A stretch of 64,000 nucleotides of DNA from a bacterium (GTDB taxonomy: Bacteria; Patescibacteriota; Dojkabacteria; JAKAPS01): assembly GCA_021806925.1 (NCBI GenBank), contig JAKAPS010000004.1:1586-65585 (forward strand), in the 5' to 3' direction. The translations under genes and the position numbers were made by a program. The notes under the pieces are model-generated. The model saw only the letters and a list, made by a program, of their open reading frames with translations. It was not told where the DNA came from and did not search any database. Shown piece by piece: positions 59,535-64,000 of the stretch (position 1 is its first letter; each line of letters starts with the position of its first letter).

Positions 59535-60712
59535 ATGTATATACACCGCTTTGTAGAAAAATCATTAGAAAACCTTTTAAGGGATCCAAAATTTTTATTC
59601 TCCTTGGGGCACGTCAAGTAGGGAAAACCACCCTTATTGAACCCTTAGTTCGAAAGAGAATTGGATTATTACTCAACTGCGATATTGATATTGATAAATC
59701 AAGATTGTTAGCTTCTAGTTCGCTACACCCCTTTGAAGCTATGAAATTTTTTGGTAATCCAAAACTTCTAGTCATTGATGAAGCACAAAACTTACCAGAA
59801 ATTGGAAGAATTGTAAAAGGTTGGTATGATGCTCGTGTTACTACAAAGATAATACTACTTGGGTCATCAAGCCTTAATTTATTAGACCTTACTGCAGAAC
59901 CTCTTACTGGAAGAAATGAAAAAATCTATTTAACACCACTGTTGTTTAGTGAAATTCTCAAGAATCAATCATGGCTTACTCCAGAAGTAACAAAATCGAT
60001 TCTTGAAGAACAATTTAAAGATCAAATTCAAACCTTGCTTTTACAACAAATGGTATATGGTAGCTATCCGGAAGCAATTACAACAGTTGATAAAGAGAGG
60101 TATCTACTAAATTTGACATCCGATTATTTACTCAAAGACGTCTTACAAAACGGACTGGTAAAATCTCCTGAGCCAGTAAAAAAACTTTTATCTATGATTG
60201 CATATCAAGCAGGAAATGAAGTATCTATTAATGAACTTGCTATGAATTTACACACCTCTAGACAAACAATAGAGCGATATATAGAACTACTTGAAAGGTC
60301 GTATGTAATTTTTAAAGTACATGCATTTAGTACAAACCAACGAAAGGAAATTGTTAAAAACTCAAAAATATTCTTTTGGGATACAGGTGTACGTAATGCA
60401 CTTCTTAAAGAATTTTCTCTTTCACCGTTCAGGTCTGATATAGGTTCACTGTTTGAAAACTGGGTTGTTTCAGAAGTAGCCAAACTTAATTTAATAAAAG
60501 GAGATAAAAATAATATTTACTTCTGGCGCAAAAGAGATGGCAGTGAAGTGGACTTAATTGTAAAAGGAACAAATACATTCAAGGCATATGAAATGAAGTG
60601 GTCAAAACTAAACATAACACAATCAGCAAAAAGTTTTTCTAATACCTACAATATACCAGTTAAAGTTATCACAAAAGATACAATACTGGACTTGTTGTGG
60701 GAAGAAAAATAG
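59535..60712 (+). pseudogene. AAA+ ATPase of the DUF4143 type (Walker A GARQVGKTTL), disrupted by a frameshift in an A5T5 homopolymer (ccAAAAATTTTTatt) at about 59588-59597
   Basis: The ATG at 59535 encodes MYIHRFVEKSLENLLRDPKFLF and then stops. The rest (ILLGARQVGKTTLIEPL...) is in the -1 frame with no in-frame ATG. The track ORF 59705-60712 is the 3' part, starting at TTG. Confidence 0.6.
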
Positions 60713-60835
60713 AGCTCCTAGATATATTTACAGATATAAGAAAAATTATTCAGTAATATAACAGATGGCTTATTTTCCTTTTTGTATATACAGTTGTGAT
60801 ACTATTCCATAACGCATATTTAATATTTATACAAA

Positions 60836-60911
60836 TATACAAACATTAATTTATTTAAGAATATAGCAACTTCTGTTATTTTTCATATCAATTACCTCAA
60901 ATCCTTTTTCT
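60836..60911. repeat. right direct repeat, the native 3' end of cysS
   Basis: Identical to 59315-59390. Confidence 0.85.
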
Positions 60912-62311
60912 TCTAAATCCTGTTTTAATTTATCACTTAAAGAGTAATCCCCGATATTTTTCGCTTCACTCCTTCTATTAATCAGTTCGTTATACTCCTC
61001 ATCCTTACTATTTGATGCTTCAACCATTAAATTAAAATCAAAACCCAATACACTTCCTATTGCATATATATTAGATATCTTTTCTTTAGATGCCATATCA
61101 TTCCTTTTTAAAATGTCATGAATTAATGCAATAGCTTTTGATGTATTAATATCATCTTCCAGGCACTCTTTTAATTTAACTAAATATTCATTTGAAAACA
61201 TATCATACACTGGAGATACACTGCCGTGAGTACTTGTACTCCGTAATGGAGTGGCAGAATCATCCTCTGCAAATAATCTTATCTGCCTTATTATTCCATA
61301 TATAGCTCTGTACGCATTAAGAATTGCTTCTTTAGAGAAATCTATCATGCTCCTATAATTTCCTGATAGAAATAGATATCGTAAAGCTTCAGGAGCATAT
61401 TTTGTGTTAGCTTTTAATTCAGAATTTAATATACTTTCAACATCATCAAGTGTATAGAAATTGTTTTTGCTTTTACTCATCTTTTCACCATTTATTGTTA
61501 TAAAAGCATTATGCAACCAATAATGTACAACTTGTTTTCCTGCTATTGAATCTGATTGAGCTATTTCATTTGTATGATGAGGAAATATCAAATCACTTCC
61601 GCCAGTATGAATGTCAAATTCATCTCCTAAGTATTTCATACTCATTGCACTACATTCAATATGCCAACCAGGATAACCTTTTCCCCATGGAGAATCCCAC
61701 AGCATTTGGTGTGTCGGATCATCAAGCTGCCATAATCTGAAATCCTTTTGCGACTTCTTTTCTACAGATTCATTTAGATTATCCCTTGAATTATCCATAA
61801 GTTCATCTGTTTTCTGTCCAGATAGGTTATAGTAAAGAGGAAATTTAGTTACATCAAAATATATTGCCTCATCTGTCCTATATGCATATCCTTTTTCTAA
61901 AAGTATCTCGATTAATTTTATCTGCTCTTGAATATGATCGGTAGCTTTAGCTAAAACACTTGGTGGTAATATATTTAATCTATCCCTATCTTTTAAAAAT
62001 ACATCAGTATATTTTTTTGCAATTGCCCATACATCTAAATTATCAATTTTTGCTTGTTTTTCCAGTTTATCTTCTCCCTTATCTATATCCCCTACAATAT
62101 GACCTACATCCGTTATATTCATTACATTGAATACATCATATCCTAGAAATCTGAAACTTCTAACCAAAATATCAGCAAAAATGAATGCACGCCAATTGCC
62201 TATTGTAGGGTTTGAATATACAGTTGGTCCACAGCTATATATCTTAACCATTCCTTTAACAATTGGTTTAAATTCTTCTAGCTGTTTTGATAATGTGTTG
62301 TATAATTTCAT
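60851..62311 (-). CDS. cysS: cysteinyl-tRNA synthetase whose HIGH motif reads TIGN
   Basis: CGPTVY...TIGNWRA in place of HIGHAR. KMSKS is present as GEKMSKSKNN. The zinc ligand WHIECS is present. Confidence 0.85.
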   Translation of the reverse strand: MKLYNTLSKQLEEFKPIVKGMVKIYSCGPTVYSNPTIGNWRAFIFADILVRSFRFLGYDVFNVMNITDVGHIVGDIDKGEDKLEKQAKIDNLDVWAIAKKYTDVFLKDRDRLNILPPSVLAKATDHIQEQIKLIEILLEKGYAYRTDEAIYFDVTKFPLYYNLSGQKTDELMDNSRDNLNESVEKKSQKDFRLWQLDDPTHQMLWDSPWGKGYPGWHIECSAMSMKYLGDEFDIHTGGSDLIFPHHTNEIAQSDSIAGKQVVHYWLHNAFITINGEKMSKSKNNFYTLDDVESILNSELKANTKYAPEALRYLFLSGNYRSMIDFSKEAILNAYRAIYGIIRQIRLFAEDDSATPLRSTSTHGSVSPVYDMFSNEYLVKLKECLEDDINTSKAIALIHDILKRNDMASKEKISNIYAIGSVLGFDFNLMVEASNSKDEEYNELINRRSEAKNIGDYSLSDKLKQDLEEKGFEVIDMKNNRSCYILK

Positions 62312-62919
62312 AGTATTTCTGATCTGTTTTCAAAACTTTTTTCAAGTGTTTGAAAATCAGCATATTCAATATCCCCTCCTGTTGGAAGTCCTCTTGCTAT
62401 TCTTGATACTTTTACTTTAACAAAATCTCTTAATACATTCTTTATATACATAGCTGTTGCCTCTCCTTCAAGATTTTGATTTAATGCAATAATAACTTCA
62501 TTTACATTGCCTTTAGTGATCCTTGATTTTAGTTCATATAACCTAATATTTTCCGGTGCTATGCCTTTCATTGGAGAAAGGACTCCTCCTAATACATGAT
62601 ATATTCCTTTGTATATTCCAGCTGATTCTATAGCTAATACATCCAATGCTTCTTCAACAACACATATCTGATTTAAATTTCTCAATTTATTTGAGCATAT
62701 TTCACACAAATTATCTCCATTATCCCCTTTCTCAGTAAAATTAAAACATTCCACGCATTTCACAACTGTTTTTTTTGATGTTGTTAAAACAGATAGGAAA
62801 TTGGAGAACCTATCATCCGGTGCATTCAAAAAAAAATATGCCAACCTTGAAGCACTCTTATGACCTATGCCTGGTAATTTTTCAAATTCAGTAATCAAAG
62901 ACTCAATCAAATTATTCAT
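62308..62919 (-). CDS. recR: recombination protein RecR
   Basis: C4 zinc finger CVECFNF...CEICS, HhH N-terminus and Toprim domain. ybaB-recR synteny is present. Confidence 0.9.
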   Translation of the reverse strand: MNNLIESLITEFEKLPGIGHKSASRLAYFFLNAPDDRFSNFLSVLTTSKKTVVKCVECFNFTEKGDNGDNLCEICSNKLRNLNQICVVEEALDVLAIESAGIYKGIYHVLGGVLSPMKGIAPENIRLYELKSRITKGNVNEVIIALNQNLEGEATAMYIKNVLRDFVKVKVSRIARGLPTGGDIEYADFQTLEKSFENRSEIL

Positions 62920-62934
62920 TTATTATAGGTTAAA

Positions 62935-63243
62935 TTACTTAGAAGCGAACATTGAACGCAAAGTACCCATATCAAAATCTTTTGCCATTGCTTTTTGCAT
63001 TTGCTTACTTGCATCCTGCATTGCTTCCTTAATTCCTTCAATTAACTCATCCTTATACTCAGTACTGAGAAGCATATCATCAATCTTAATATCTAAAATC
63101 TTTTGTGTTCCATCAATTACTATTTCTACTCTACCTTTTTTTGATTTTCCAGAATGCCTTTGAGCTTGCAATTTCTTTTGCATTTCACTAGCTTGTTTCT
63201 GCATTTTAACTAAATCACCTACAGATGAAAATGGATTATTCAT
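62935..63243 (-). CDS. ybaB: YbaB/EbfC nucleoid-associated protein
   Basis: MNNPFSSVGDLVKMQKQASEMQKKLQAQ... is typical. The internal Met is taken as the start, whereas the track extends to 63306. Confidence 0.8.
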   Translation of the reverse strand: MNNPFSSVGDLVKMQKQASEMQKKLQAQRHSGKSKKGRVEIVIDGTQKILDIKIDDMLLSTEYKDELIEGIKEAMQDASKQMQKAMAKDFDMGTLRSMFASK

Positions 63244-63762
63244 ATGTTTAATTATTACATAAGAGTAGAGTAAAAAGCAATTAATTATTAATAGTAAATA
63301 TTTCAACTATTGACATAGTTTATATAGGGTTGTAGACTGCTGAAGCATTATGAGTAAACCAGAACAAGAAACTGTTAAGACAGATCAAATATTAGAAAAA
63401 TTTCTAAATGTGTATGCATCCATCGGATAATTCCACATAAAATTATTATAGCAATTCTAATAGCTACTAATATTTACTCAAAAGAAACTCAGGAACAAGA
63501 AAAACCATAATCTCATATCTACATTGATTAAATTGAGGCATTGAAATAGATATGTATCAGTTGTAATATATATAGTATATGAGTAGTCATGAGAATAGTG
63601 GAAGTTGGATAGAAAAATTAAGTTCTAATTTTATTGGTAGAATAAAAGGCATCATGAAACGTCTTTATCCTTATTTAAAAGCATTTGATGATGGTTTTCA
63701 TAATGAAAATAGAGATGTATATTTTCATAGACGGAATGATAATAATTTACCACAAGGTGATA

Positions 63763-64000
63763 CTACTCATACTTCAAAGCCTCAATAGTATTTATTCTAC
63801 TTGCTCTAACTGATGGAATGCTACCTGCAATGAATGCTATTGCCATTATACCTAGTATTACTGCAATTACATAGATTGGATTAAATATAAGTATCCTATA
63901 TCCAAAAAATTGTTTTAATATTGTTTCACTTAGTATTTTGTCTGCTATTAATCCAAGTGTTATTGCAAAGGATGAGCCTATTATTGCTCCCCAGAATCCA
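63763..64000 (-). CDS. ABC transporter permease of the FtsX-like family, C-terminal fragment. The gene continues beyond the window end.
   Basis: The reverse frame reads ...GFWGAIIGSSFAITLGLIADKILSETILKQFFGYRILIFNPIYVIAVILGIMAIAFIAGSIPSVRASRINTIEALKYE*. This is the FtsX-family C-terminal consensus (…P..RA.RI.P.EALRYE). Confidence 0.6.
   Translation of the reverse strand, partial: GFWGAIIGSSFAITLGLIADKILSETILKQFFGYRILIFNPIYVIAVILGIMAIAFIAGSIPSVRASRINTIEALKYE

Noticed and set aside
63579-63788. 69-aa plus-strand ORF
   Set aside because: It overlaps the stop region of the FtsX-like permease C-terminus on the minus strand, which has a strong family-typical ending ...RASRINTIEALKYE. It is probably spurious.
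1-64000. Possibility of an alternative genetic code (UGA recoded to Gly or Trp, as in some low-GC CPR lineages or Mollicutes)
   Set aside because: Housekeeping genes (dnaB, cysS, hisS, ruvB, ychF and others) are full-length under the standard code, and Trp positions use TGG. There is no sign of UGA-interrupted ORFs.
1-64000. CRISPR array or prophage
   Set aside because: No regularly spaced repeat array was found. All repeats seen are two-copy (41-bp fic repeats, 76-bp cysS repeats, 1.2-kb duplication) or coding micro/minisatellites. The single tyrosine recombinase has no phage structural genes nearby.

Overview
This is a 64-kb window of a very AT-rich bacterial chromosome. It is read with the standard genetic code, since the long housekeeping ORFs are intact. 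The gene content points to a small-genome Patescibacteria/CPR-type lineage, but this is inference only. The supporting observations are an N/K/I-rich proteome, a roughly 500-aa AMP-phosphorylase-like DeoA homologue, large polytopic envelope proteins, tRNA genes without an encoded CCA, and a cca gene.

Bases 1.5-19.4 kb are a cell-envelope glycan locus, interrupted by a XerC-type recombinase, a thioredoxin/CsoR pair and a YhaM-like exonuclease. The locus holds three GT1 and three GT2 glycosyltransferases, two polyprenyl-phosphate glycosyltransferases (GtrB-like and a DPM1-GtrA fusion), a Wzx flippase, two O-antigen-ligase/polymerase-like membrane proteins and a small WbaP/PglC-like phosphoglycosyltransferase.

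The rest is mostly conserved housekeeping operons. These are hisS, yebC-ruvC-ruvA-ruvB, rluA-family/dksA-type/M16 peptidase/efp, dnaB, rpmE-prfA-prmC, ctp, rpsF-ssb-rpsR, ychF, AMP phosphorylase-like with a beta-CASP RNase, cca, cysS-recR-ybaB, plus tRNA-Leu(CAA) and tRNA-Ser(UGA).

Several accessory or unusual elements are interleaved with these operons:
1. A divergent RelA/SpoT-like (toxSAS-like) nucleotidyltransferase gene with altered catalytic motifs, followed by three tandem distant paralogs, one carrying a poly-Asp/Glu coding minisatellite.
2. A roughly 1.2-kb segmental duplication giving two membrane-anchored surface-protein paralogs with conserved ends, a divergent stalk (one with a PT-rich mucin-like linker), identical consensus leaderless promoters and identical terminators.
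3. A fic gene bracketed by 41-bp direct repeats, each made of three TTGACA hexamers at 12-bp spacing.
4. A DUF4143-type AAA ATPase gene broken by a frameshift in an A5T5 homopolymer and flanked by roughly 76-bp direct repeats that duplicate the cysS 3' end.
5. A DUF3800-like gene plus an RHH gene in a non-coding-rich islet next to tRNA-Ser.
6. An 84-bp in-frame tandem duplication in a small membrane-protein gene.
7. A CysRS whose HIGH motif reads TIGN.

No CRISPR array, rRNA gene or prophage was seen.
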